A stretch of DNA of 64,000 bases from an uncultured Chitinophaga sp. (GTDB taxonomy: Bacteria > Bacteroidota > Bacteroidia > Chitinophagales > LD1): positions 494 to 64,493 of the forward strand of contig CAYREY010000005.1 in NCBI GenBank assembly GCA_964423405.1. The letters run 5' to 3'. Both the position numbers and the translations under genes were made by a program. Position 1 is the stretch's first letter, and each line of letters opens with the position of its first letter. Of the stretch, positions 18,410-28,700 are shown piece by piece. A model generated the notes under the pieces. The model made no database searches. It saw only the letters and a list, made by a program, of their open reading frames with translations, and was not told the origin of the DNA.

Positions 18410-18919
18410 TTAAATCAGTTGGTCCATACGCTCATGTAGTTTTTCTACAAACACCAGTGTGGCAGGGCACAGGGTAAGGTTTTGGTTAAATGTCTTCTCT
18501 TTTACCTGGTAGCGGAAATCCTTGCGAACGAAGTGCGGAAAACCGGCACAGTCGTCGGGGCGTATTTCGTAAATACTGCACTTATGATCTTTACGCAAAA
18601 AATGGCATGGGGTACTTTTGTTTACAATGTCCTTACTGGCATCATACTTCAGGTATTTATCAAAATACTGCTGGTAGGTCATACCCAGGTGGGCTGCAAT
18701 GCGGTTAATATCCTTACGGGTATAGGTAGGGGTCATTTTTTTGCAGCAATTGGCACAATCCAGGCAGGCTACATCTTTCCATGTTTCCTTATCAGCTTCG
18801 GCCACAACTTTCAAAACGCCGGGCTTTTTAGAATTGCCAACTTTTTTGAGAAAGGCTACCAGTGTTTTCTTTTTACGGTACGCACGTCTTCTGTACTTAT
18901 CAGGGTCTAATTTTGCCAT
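18410..18919 (-). CDS. YkgJ-family cysteine-cluster (CxxCxxCC) protein
   Basis: CLDCANCCKKM plus a distal CHFL...KCSIYEIRPDDCAGFP. Confidence 0.8.
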   Translation of the reverse strand: MAKLDPDKYRRRAYRKKKTLVAFLKKVGNSKKPGVLKVVAEADKETWKDVACLDCANCCKKMTPTYTRKDINRIAAHLGMTYQQYFDKYLKYDASKDIVNKSTPCHFLRKDHKCSIYEIRPDDCAGFPHFVRKDFRYQVKEKTFNQNLTLCPATLVFVEKLHERMDQLI

Positions 18920-19098
18920 GTGATGTAGTGTAAGGGCCGAAAATAATTATCTCTCCCTGATTTACACCTGTTTAAGCCTTCTTGTTGATTACTTTAATCT
19001 GCCTGTTTACAACCTTTGCACATACCATACTATCTATGATAAACAGAGTTGGTTGTTATATCTGATTTGCTAACTTTAATGCTTCATTTTTTACCTAT

Positions 19099-22000
19099 AT
19101 GAATAAATTTTACAAGGCGTTTTTTAGTGCGCTTATAGTATTGAGTTGTGTAAACACATTGTTTGCACAGCAGTGCGATGTAATATACTGTTCTCCCAAC
19201 GGAGCCAGCGGCCCGGGTTCGGGTACCCGTACCAATCCGGCCAACCTGTTGTATGCTTTACAAAATCTTGTAACACCTACCAGTACACGGTTACACTTAG
19301 CGCAGGGTACATACAACACACCTGCAGAAATACAATTGGTAAACAACCTGATACTTGAAGGAGGCTTTGATCCGGTGACCTGGACAAAAAGCAATGTGCC
19401 CCCAACCATTATCCGTAGGGGCAATGTTATTGTTTTACCTCCTCCGGCTAATGGTACCGCTGTAATAGCAGGGCTTAACGTATCAGGTTTCCGCCTGCAG
19501 GACCTAACGTTAGAAATGGATGTACCAAACGGTGTAGCAGCTACAGCTTATGGTATTTACCTGAACGGATGTAGTAACTACAACATTGTAAGGTGTAATG
19601 TTACAGCGGCCGATGGTACGCCCGGCGTAGCCGGTCAGCCAGGTACACCGGGCCAACCCGGTACTGCCGGCCAAAACGGCGCCAATGGCAACGGTCAAGA
19701 GGCTGGTAGATTTGTGGCTACACCTGGTGGTACAGGCGGTAGCAATGGTGGCAACGGAGCCGGAAACGGTGGCCACTCGGGCTCAAGTAACATTGCCAGT
19801 ACAGCCGGTGCAGGTACTTGTGGAGGAGGTGGCGGTGCTACCGGAACCGGCCCGCAAAATTCATTTTTTAACCCCACGCCATCATGCGGCAACACTACGC
19901 CTGGCCAACCGGGCCTACCTGCCAGTTGTGTAGGAACAACAGGCACACCGGGTGCAGCAGGTGCAACCGGAACAATTATGGCGCCCGGATATTTTGTACC
20001 CGGCCCTGCTGCGGGAGCCGGTAGCGCCGGTGGCCCGGGATCTGGCGGCGGCGGCGGCGGTGGCGGTGGAGGCCGACAGCTAAACGGATCGGATGATGTA
20101 GGCGGTGCAGGCGGTGGCGGTGGCGGTGGCGGCTTTGGTGGCAACGGCGGCACGGGAGGTACAGGAGGTGGCGGATCGTTTGCAGTATTTTTATACAACA
20201 ATGGTGCCGGTGGAAATATTATAGATTGTAACCTTGTGCCAGGTGCTGGTGGTGCCGGTGGCGTAGGTGGTGCCGGTGGTGCCGGCGGCTCGGGCGGCGC
20301 CGGTGGTGCCGGTGGTGCTGCAGGGTGTGGAAACAATGCAGGCGGTGCAGGCGGTGCAGGAAGTGCAGGTGGATCGGGAGGCACTGGAGGTAACGGAGCT
20401 ACTGGCCTAAGTCAGGCATTATCTGAAACTGCAGGTACACCGGTTACACAATCTAACATAAGCGCTGTACCCGGTAACCCACCGGTAATAACTGTTGAAA
20501 ATTATGGCTGCACTAATGCTGAAGTAATATTCAGCACCCTTAATGCCGGGGCATGGAACTTTGGTTCGGGTGCCAGCCCTGCTACAGCTAACGGTACAGG
20601 GCCCATTGCTGTAACATACAGCACCACAGGTAGAAAAGACATAACTTTCGGCGGGGTACAATTCACCGGGTTTATCGATCTATTCTCTCCGCAATCATTA
20701 TCCAATACTATTACCCATGTAAATAACCCGGCTATAGCAGGTTGCCCGGACACTTTCCGCACTACCATCACAGGCTCGTTGTATGAATGGGACTTTGGCC
20801 CAGCAGCATTACCCCCAACAGCAATTGGTGCTACTGCACAAACGGCCCCAACCGTATTTACTGCACCGGGAACATACACGGTAGTTGTATGGGTAACTAC
20901 TGCCTGTTGCGGGCGTGTGAAAGATTCCATTATTGTTACTGTTCAACCCAATAACATAAACGTAAGCTTATCTAACAGCACCGATTCTGTTTGCCAGGGA
21001 ACTGCCATTACCTATACAGCTTCGCCGCCCGGCTATTTGTTGTACAACTTTTTTGTAAACAATACGCAGGTACAATCAAGCCCTTCTACAACCTATGTAG
21101 CGAACGGCCTGATGCCCGGCGACAGCGTTCGTGTACTTGCTTTTGATGGGGTATGCTTTAGTAACCCAAGTGCCACCCACTACCCATACATTAAACCCAT
21201 TCCGGCACCGGCAGTACTTACCGATTCGGATGCCGATGATACCATTTGCGGTGGCGACTTAGTAGTGTTTACTGCCAGCCCTGCCGGTTACGACCAATAC
21301 GATTTTTACAATGGCGGCTCGCAGCAACAAAGCGGGCCAAACAACACCTGGTCTACCACACAGTTAGGGCAGGGTAATTTTATTTATTGCATAGTAACCG
21401 ATAACGGCTGCCGTGGCAACTGGAGTAACATTGATAGCATATACGTTAAACCAACACCTAACGTAAGCATCATAGCATCGGCCAATACAATTTGCCAGGG
21501 CGACCAGGTAACAATTACTGCATCGCCAACAGGCCTTAACTATTACGATTTTTCGATTAACGGTTCATCTGTACAAAACAGTGCAGCTAATACCTACGTT
21601 AGCACAACCTTTAATAATGGCGATGTGGTTACTGCCATAGGCGCGTTTGATGGCTGTGTAAGCCCTGTTAGCTCTCCTATCAATATAACCGTTAACCCTA
21701 TACCGGCAGTAACCATTGCCAGCAGCGACCCGAACGATTCTATCTGCCAGGGCGTATCGGTTACCTTCACAGCCACTCCATCGGGCTACGATACCTACAA
21801 CTTCTACAATAGCGGCACAGTGGTTCAATCAACGGCCTCTAATACTTATACTACTAACCAGTTGGCACCCGGCAACAGCATTACGGTAGAAGCCGTTGAT
21901 AACAACTGCACCAGCCCGGTTAGTTCTGCTATTTCTATACAGGTAAGCCCGGCACCTGCTGTAAACCCAGGTACCGATCAAAGCGCCTGTGTAGATGCCC

Positions 22001-23157
22001 CTGCAACCACATTAACCGGCTTTACACCGGCAGGTGGAGTATGGAGTGGTAATGGTGTTGATGCCGCAGGTAATTTCACACCATCTGCAGCTGGTGCAGG
22101 TGCTCAATCGCTGGTATATACCTATACCGACCCTAACAGCCTGTGCGATGGTTATGACAGTATTGTATTTACCGTGTATGCTTTGCCAACCGTAGTAATG
22201 AGCCCCGATGCCGATATATGTGAAGGACAAAGTACTGTTCTAACTGCCAGTGGTGGTACAACCTACCAGTGGAATGATGGAACCACAACTGCCAGCAATA
22301 CAGTTTCGCCGGCTACCAACACCACTTACAGCGTTACTGTAACCGATGCCAATACATGCAGCAGTACCGGTAGCGTTAGTGTAACCGTGAGCCCTAACCC
22401 GGTAGCAGCTTTTACAGCTATTGATGTGTGTGCTGGTTTCACTACCACATTCGTAAATGCATCTACCCCGCCAGGCTCTACCTATGAGTGGAATTTTGGA
22501 GATGGCAACACCAGCAATCAGGATAACCCGACCCATCAATACAGTGCCGCAGGTACTTTTAATGTTACACTTGTAGCACAGCTGGGCAATTGTTTCGATA
22601 CCATTTCTGATAATGCGATTGTAAACCCGGCTGCAGTAGCTAACTTTACTGCCGAGCCTGTTATATCGTACAACGATGCCAGTACGCCTATCCGCTTTGT
22701 AAATACATCGCAGAATGCAGATACCTACCTGTGGGATTTTGGCGACCAGACTACCGGTACCGACCCATCGCCGGCACATGCTTATACCAAAGCAGGTGTA
22801 TACACCGTAACCCTGGTGGTAGATAACCAATATAACTGCCCCGACTCACTTACCCGTACCGACTACATAACGATAAACGAGCGTCCGGTAGTGTTTATAC
22901 CCAATGTGTTTTCGCCTAACGGAGATGGTGCCAACGATAAGCTGGAAGTGTTCAGTAACAATAGCAAGTTTTACGAGTTTAAAATATTTAACCGCTGGGG
23001 CGAAAAAGTATTTGAAAGCAACAATGTAAATGTTAGCTGGGATGGCACCTACAAAGGTAAAGATTGCCAGCCCGGTGTGTATAGCTACTACCTTACAATA
23101 GTGTTTGAAGATAACAGCACCCGTGGTATGAAAGGTACCGTTACCCTTATGAAGTAA
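19099..23157 (+). CDS. giant secreted adhesin-like protein: Gly-rich/collagen-like low-complexity region, Ig-like and PKD repeats, T9SS type B (gliding-motility-associated) C-terminal domain
   Basis: Signal peptide. About 290 aa of GQPGTPGQPG / GGAGGxGG low complexity. About 7 modules of ~75 aa (ICQG..VTFTASP.GY..Y.F). PKD motifs WNFGDGNT and WDFGDQTT. C-terminus VFIPNVFSPNGDGANDKLEVF...FNRWGEKVFES...WDGTYKGK...GVYSYYL...GTVTLMK. Confidence 0.9.
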   Translation: MNKFYKAFFSALIVLSCVNTLFAQQCDVIYCSPNGASGPGSGTRTNPANLLYALQNLVTPTSTRLHLAQGTYNTPAEIQLVNNLILEGGFDPVTWTKSNVPPTIIRRGNVIVLPPPANGTAVIAGLNVSGFRLQDLTLEMDVPNGVAATAYGIYLNGCSNYNIVRCNVTAADGTPGVAGQPGTPGQPGTAGQNGANGNGQEAGRFVATPGGTGGSNGGNGAGNGGHSGSSNIASTAGAGTCGGGGGATGTGPQNSFFNPTPSCGNTTPGQPGLPASCVGTTGTPGAAGATGTIMAPGYFVPGPAAGAGSAGGPGSGGGGGGGGGGRQLNGSDDVGGAGGGGGGGGFGGNGGTGGTGGGGSFAVFLYNNGAGGNIIDCNLVPGAGGAGGVGGAGGAGGSGGAGGAGGAAGCGNNAGGAGGAGSAGGSGGTGGNGATGLSQALSETAGTPVTQSNISAVPGNPPVITVENYGCTNAEVIFSTLNAGAWNFGSGASPATANGTGPIAVTYSTTGRKDITFGGVQFTGFIDLFSPQSLSNTITHVNNPAIAGCPDTFRTTITGSLYEWDFGPAALPPTAIGATAQTAPTVFTAPGTYTVVVWVTTACCGRVKDSIIVTVQPNNINVSLSNSTDSVCQGTAITYTASPPGYLLYNFFVNNTQVQSSPSTTYVANGLMPGDSVRVLAFDGVCFSNPSATHYPYIKPIPAPAVLTDSDADDTICGGDLVVFTASPAGYDQYDFYNGGSQQQSGPNNTWSTTQLGQGNFIYCIVTDNGCRGNWSNIDSIYVKPTPNVSIIASANTICQGDQVTITASPTGLNYYDFSINGSSVQNSAANTYVSTTFNNGDVVTAIGAFDGCVSPVSSPINITVNPIPAVTIASSDPNDSICQGVSVTFTATPSGYDTYNFYNSGTVVQSTASNTYTTNQLAPGNSITVEAVDNNCTSPVSSAISIQVSPAPAVNPGTDQSACVDAPATTLTGFTPAGGVWSGNGVDAAGNFTPSAAGAGAQSLVYTYTDPNSLCDGYDSIVFTVYALPTVVMSPDADICEGQSTVLTASGGTTYQWNDGTTTASNTVSPATNTTYSVTVTDANTCSSTGSVSVTVSPNPVAAFTAIDVCAGFTTTFVNASTPPGSTYEWNFGDGNTSNQDNPTHQYSAAGTFNVTLVAQLGNCFDTISDNAIVNPAAVANFTAEPVISYNDASTPIRFVNTSQNADTYLWDFGDQTTGTDPSPAHAYTKAGVYTVTLVVDNQYNCPDSLTRTDYITINERPVVFIPNVFSPNGDGANDKLEVFSNNSKFYEFKIFNRWGEKVFESNNVNVSWDGTYKGKDCQPGVYSYYLTIVFEDNSTRGMKGTVTLMK

Positions 23158-23172
23158 CCACACTACTATTAT

Positions 23173-23209
23173 AAACGAAACGGGCTCCTATGGGAGCCCG
23201 TTTCGTTTT
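23173..23209 (+). terminator. rho-independent terminator of the 1352-aa gene
   Basis: AAACGAAACGGGCTCC-TATG-GGAGCCCGTTTCGTTTT, a 16-bp perfect stem, 16 nt after the stop. Confidence 0.85.
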
Positions 23210-23291
23210 AAGGAGGATAAACATCCTGATTGTAATCTTCAATACACCGGCATTTATTTACAGGGCAGCATGGTAATGATTAACAAAAAAA

Positions 23292-23307
23292 CCCCGCCTT
23301 AGCGGGG
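23292..23307 (-). terminator. terminator of the 23338..24096 lipoprotein gene
   Basis: CCCCGC-CTTA-GCGGGG, followed on the minus strand by a T-tract (plus strand AAAAAAA at 23285-23291). Confidence 0.65.
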
Positions 23308-23337
23308 CCTTACCTTTGTTAGTGTGTATAAAAAAGT

Positions 23338-24096
23338 TTACTCAAAACTAGCCACATCTGAAACGGTAACCTGGTTTACCAGATATACTTTTTTGCCGGG
23401 TATAATAGATGTATTGGTAGTGTAACGATACGGCGTAACCTGTAGCAAACCATAACTGCTGGCGCTTAGCGTTGACAGATCGGAAGCGCTAAAGGTAACC
23501 GAGGTAGCATTACCACCTACGCGCTTTTGCACATACCCACTACCCGATGCCAGAATAAACAAAATAGAATCGGCATTGCTAACGCTTGAAATACTAAAGG
23601 TGTAGCCGCTGCTTAGCGATACGTTTTCTTTATTGCTGGTAATAGAAGGTGTAGAAGGGAAACTATTAAAGGATGTAGTAATAGCCGGTATGCTGGCGGC
23701 ACCAGATATGTTCCAATCGGCACCGCTGCTGAAATCGATACCGGTAACATCGGTTTGCGAAGGTTGAAATACATAGGCGTTATTACTTTGCTTAGTAAGG
23801 GTTTTGGTGTTGCACTGCACGGTACCGGCATCCTGATAGGTAGTGCCGCCCTGTGTGGTAGGGAAAGCCGCCACCGCAGTGCCCAGAATAATTTCCTGCT
23901 GGCCTATAATAGGCACGGTTTGGTAAGTTACGGTTTTAACACCGGCCAACAGCCCCCATGAGTCGGAATAGTTAAACAACTCGGCTGAGCTTACGGTGTT
24001 GGTGGTATTGGTATTGTTATCATTGTCTTTGTTACAGCCGGCGGCGGCCATCAATACAACTAACACTACCAATAATTTTGCGGGGATTTTTTTCAT
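23338..24096 (-). CDS. hypothetical lipoprotein (Ser/Thr-rich)
   Basis: Lipobox VLMAAAGCNKD. 252 aa. No family recognised. Confidence 0.7.
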   Translation of the reverse strand: MKKIPAKLLVVLVVLMAAAGCNKDNDNNTNTTNTVSSAELFNYSDSWGLLAGVKTVTYQTVPIIGQQEIILGTAVAAFPTTQGGTTYQDAGTVQCNTKTLTKQSNNAYVFQPSQTDVTGIDFSSGADWNISGAASIPAITTSFNSFPSTPSITSNKENVSLSSGYTFSISSVSNADSILFILASGSGYVQKRVGGNATSVTFSASDLSTLSASSYGLLQVTPYRYTTNTSIIPGKKVYLVNQVTVSDVASFE

Positions 24097-24248
24097 AGTC
24101 TGATAGTTTTAACTTTTAAATAAAAAATTGCACTGCAAGTGTCGCTATATGTACACGGCACTGCAAATTTTTCCGGTTCCAAAAAAGGCTGTTCCTTACC
24201 GGCACATATTTTATTACCGTTGGGTATTTTTTTAATTTGCGTTTGTAT

Positions 24249-25043
24249 ATGAGTAGCAGATTAGTAATGAGTATTGTTAGTGTACTATTATTTTGCGCCT
24301 GCAATGAAAAGCAGGTACAAAGGAAAAAGTACAACCAGGATAGCAGCGAGGTACAGCTAATAACTACTACACCACCCGATGCAGTAAGCCAACCAGCCAC
24401 ACCTGCACGCCTGGCCAATCCGGTTGTTGACTATAACTTTATACCCAACCCGGAACATACCCCCTGGAGCGGGATACGGGTAGCGCAGGCAAAGTGGGAT
24501 GACCTTGCTGGCAGCCACGTGATAATTCTATCCATACTACACCAATACTACTGGAGCGAAAAGAAACCCGAGTTTAAAAAACTGATGCAATACGATGATG
24601 AAACAGAAGCATCGGAACTTTTTGCGGTACACTACCTGTTGCTTAAAGATTCGGCTGAATGGAAAAAATACTGGGAGTACAACAATGTAAAACTATCGTG
24701 CTGCGATGTTTCGCACACCTACTTGCCCGGCACGCTGCAAATTACTGATATAGACAGTAATAGCGTGCTGGAGACCGTTTTTGGCTACCATACCACCGAG
24801 GGTACACAAGCTATAGATTTTCGCTACCCCGGCAAACTGGTATTTTACACCGATACCATACCCTACATAATAGATGGTGGTATGGGCCTTATGCGCAACC
24901 ATATAGAAAAGGCACCTATGCGTTTTTCGGCAAATTTCAATCAGCTGGCACATGTGTTCAAGGACCACCTGGCGCAACGCTGGTCCTACAACCTGCAGTT
25001 GTGCGATTCTATAGATAACAGCTTGAAAAAGCTTTGGGAGTAA
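24249..25043 (+). CDS. hypothetical lipoprotein
   Basis: Start reset to ATG 24249, giving MSSRLVMSIVSVLLFCAC (lipobox). No family recognised. Confidence 0.6.
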   Translation: MSSRLVMSIVSVLLFCACNEKQVQRKKYNQDSSEVQLITTTPPDAVSQPATPARLANPVVDYNFIPNPEHTPWSGIRVAQAKWDDLAGSHVIILSILHQYYWSEKKPEFKKLMQYDDETEASELFAVHYLLLKDSAEWKKYWEYNNVKLSCCDVSHTYLPGTLQITDIDSNSVLETVFGYHTTEGTQAIDFRYPGKLVFYTDTIPYIIDGGMGLMRNHIEKAPMRFSANFNQLAHVFKDHLAQRWSYNLQLCDSIDNSLKKLWE

Positions 25044-25181
25044 GTATTGTGTAACAGGTACTTCTGCAATGTTATACCACTTTTGGGTGATTTTGTGAAA
25101 CTTATTTTGCAACTGGTCGTAAACAAAACCAACGCAGTGATATACAACCTGCAGTTTTTGTTCAACTAAAACATCTCAACC

Positions 25182-25568
25182 ATGACAATCGCCAGCAGAA
25201 TAAGAAAAATAAGAGAAATACGCGGATGGAAACAGGCCGCCATCGCATCATCGATGGAAATTACCCAACAAGCCTATAGCTGCCTGGAGCAGGGTGCCAA
25301 TAACGCCCGCCTGGAAACACTTAAACGCTTTTGCGATGTAATGAATGTAGAGCTACCTTTTTTGATAGCCGTAGATGTGCCAATAACCGAAGAAACCCTA
25401 TCGCGCTTTGGCGAAAGAAACTTTAACGAGTTTATTACCAGCTACCGTAAGCTGGAACAGAAAATTGAGATTTTTGACGAACTGCTCCGCGGCTCATCAT
25501 CGCAAAGTCAGGCACCTGTTAAACAATCGGTAACATCTTCTCCATTTAAATCTGCACAGCGATACTAA
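25182..25568 (+). CDS. XRE-family helix-turn-helix transcriptional regulator
   Basis: IRKIREIRGWKQAAIASSMEITQQAYSCLEQG is a Cro/C1-type HTH. 128 aa. Confidence 0.85.
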   Translation: MTIASRIRKIREIRGWKQAAIASSMEITQQAYSCLEQGANNARLETLKRFCDVMNVELPFLIAVDVPITEETLSRFGERNFNEFITSYRKLEQKIEIFDELLRGSSSQSQAPVKQSVTSSPFKSAQRY

Positions 25569-25593
25569 AATTTACCCTATAAACTTTCTGGCG

Positions 25594-25630
25594 CGCCCGT
25601 TACCCCAAGTAGCGGGCGTTTGCTTTTTAG
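25594..25630 (+). terminator. terminator after the XRE gene
   Basis: CGCCCG-13 nt loop-CGGGCG followed by TTTGCTTTTT. Confidence 0.6.
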
Positions 25631-25720
25631 CTGAGTATCAGCGCATAGCAAAATACCTAATACCTGCGTTTTAATAAGATAGAAATACTGCATATATTTC
25701 GCTTTTTATACGCACACTAT

Positions 25721-28700
25721 ATGAAACCCCTCATCCCCGCTATGTTCTTACAGCTATTGGCATGTATGTTATACAGCCAATGTGTAACAAACGTAGATTT
25801 TAATACCTGGCAGGAAGGTGGCTGGGCCGCAAACGGCAACTGGGTGGTAACAGGCGGTGGCTCGCAGGTGCACCAGACAGTAAATGGTAACCCTTCGTTT
25901 TTTTACAGCCCATATTCATTGATGAACGCCCGCATAAGCGGCGATTTCCGTACCACTAACAGCGATGATGACTACATGGGGTTTGTATTCAGTTTTCTGG
26001 ACCCTTTGGGGCAAAGCGATAACTTTAACTGCTGGCTGTACGACTGGAAACAAGGCACTCAAAGTTCAGGTGGTTATACCGGGCAGGTTGGCATGTCGCT
26101 TAACCACATAAATGGTGTGATACCCAGCAGTGGCTACTCACAAACATTCTGGGGGCACCAGAATACACCTCAATTTACCTGCGTGGACAATAACTTTGGC
26201 AGCGCCGGCTGGGTACGTAACCAAACACACCACTTTGAGCTTTTTGTAACGTTTACCAGGGCTATGATATATATAGACAATGTACTGGTATTTGGCCATG
26301 CCGATTGCTACTGGCCCGGCAGGTTTGGGTTTTACAACTACTCGCAGGCCGATTGTTACTACAGCAATTTTCAGTACTCGTTATATGTAGATTATACGAA
26401 CCTTACACCAACGGTATGTACCGGCGATACAGCCAAGTTTCAATTTATCAATCCCTGTATCAACCTCAATTTTTTACTAACCCAATACGAATCGCTGGTA
26501 TGGAACTATGGCGATGGTACCGTGGATACGGTACTAACACCCAGTGTAAACTCGGTAAACACCAGCCACGTTTATACCACACCCGGCACTTACAACGTAA
26601 CTTTACGTATAACCGACAGCCAGGGCTGCACCGATACAGCTATGCATACAGTAACCGTTACGGCCCCGCCGGTAGCGGCGTTTACCACCTCGCCCCCCTG
26701 CACGGGTACATCGGTAAATTTTTCAGACAATAGTGCCGGAGCCGGTGCCCAATGGCAATGGTATTTTGGCGATGGAGACAGCGCTATTACCCAAAGCCCC
26801 GGCCATGTGTACACCAATACAGGGCTATACGATGTTACATTTATAGCCACCGACACCAACGGCTGCCGCGATACGGTAACAAGTACTATTACTGTAAGTG
26901 CGCCACCGGTGGCTGCTTTTACACCGGTACCCGTGTGCGAACAAACAGCCAGCGTATTTACCGATGCCAGTACCAATACACCGGCCCAATGGCAATGGTA
27001 CTTTGGCGATGGCAACAGCAGCACCCAACAAAACACGCAGCATATTTATAGCACCAGCGGCAGCTACAACGCCATGCTTATTGCTACCAGCGCGCTGCAA
27101 TGTGCCGACACCGTAATACAGCAAGTTACTGTTTACCCAAAACCGGTATCGGTATTCACTACTGCCAATGTATGCTATGGAACTACGGCTGCTTTTACCA
27201 ACCAGAGCACCGGTAACATAACCACCTATGTATGGGACTTTGGCGATACCCAGCAAAGCCAGTTGCAAAACCCATCGCATTTTTATTCTTCGGCAGGCAC
27301 TTATACGGTAGCCTTACTTTCGGCAACAGCCGATGGCTGTGCAGACACAGCTACTGCTCCTGTAACCATATACCCTAAACCGGTAGCGGCTTTTACCGCA
27401 CCAGATGTATGCGAAGGTACCACCTCGCAGTTTACCGATAATTCGACTATTGCATCGGGCAGTATTACTACCTATAGCTGGAATTTTGGCGATAACAGCC
27501 CGGCGGCCATTACGCAAAACACTATGCACAGCTACGCCATAGCGGGCACCTATAATGCTGTGCTGGTTATAGAAAGTGGCAATTTATGCAGTGATACGCT
27601 TACACAACCGGTTATAGTAAACCCCAACCCGGTAGCTACATTTACTACCGGTAATGCCTGCCTGGGCACACCGGCACAGTTTACCAGCCAAAGCACGGGT
27701 AATATTGCAAGCTACCAATACAGCTTTGGCAACGGGCAAACATCGGCATTGCCATCGGCGGTACATTATTATAACAGTGCCGGCAACTACAATACCAGCC
27801 TGATAGTAACTACCGGTGCCGGTTGCTCCGATACCACCAGTACACAAGTAGTAACCATATACCCGAAGCCTGATGCCGGGTTTACCGTGGCTCCGGTATG
27901 TTCAGGTATACCATCTGTATTTACCGATAACTCTACCTTGACCAGCGGAAGTATAAACAGCTACAACTGGAGCTTTGGGGATGGCAACACCAGCACCCAG
28001 CAAAACCCCACCAACCTTTACGTTGCTGATGGTACTTACCCGGTAACACTGATGGTGGTTACTGACAGCCTGTGCAGCGATACAGTAACACAAACCGCTA
28101 TAGTACACCCCTTGCCACAACCAGGCTTTAGTACTACAACTGTTTGCCTTAACCAGGCTATAACCCTAACCAATACAAGTACTATTAACAGCGGCAGTAT
28201 AAACCAGTGGTGGTGGGATTTAGGCGATGGGCAGACCGGAACCGTACAATCGCCCACCTACACTTATACAGCGCAAGGCACGTATACAGTAAAGCTATTG
28301 GCCACCAGCGATAACAACTGCGTTGATTCTACACAAAACACGGTTACCGTGTATGATAAGCCGGTTGCTGATTTTACCGTTACAGAAGTTTGTGAAGCGC
28401 AGGCAACTGTATTTACCGATAACAGCACTATAGGCAATGGCAGTATAACACAATGGCTGTACAGCTACGGCGATAACCAAACAGGTACACAGCCAACAGA
28501 GCAACACATTTATGCGCAGCATGGTAACTATCTGGCGGTGCTGGTGGTAACAAGCGATAACAATTGTACCGATACTGCTACTGTACCGGTAATAGTAAAC
28601 CCGCTACCGGTAACAGCGTTTACGGTTACCAATGTATGCCTGGGGGTAAGCAGCAACTTTAACAATGCCAGCACCATACCTGCTGGTAGTATCAGCGCGT

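Noticed and set aside
19695-20384. 229-aa Pro-rich ORF on the minus strand
   Set aside because: It is antisense to the (GGN)n glycine-rich segment of the 1352-aa gene, the same artefact as above.
24116-24418. 100-aa minus-strand ORF in the lipoprotein divergent region
   Set aside because: It overlaps the start of the better-supported 24249..25043 lipoprotein gene, and its upstream half is intergenic. It has no signal or motif.
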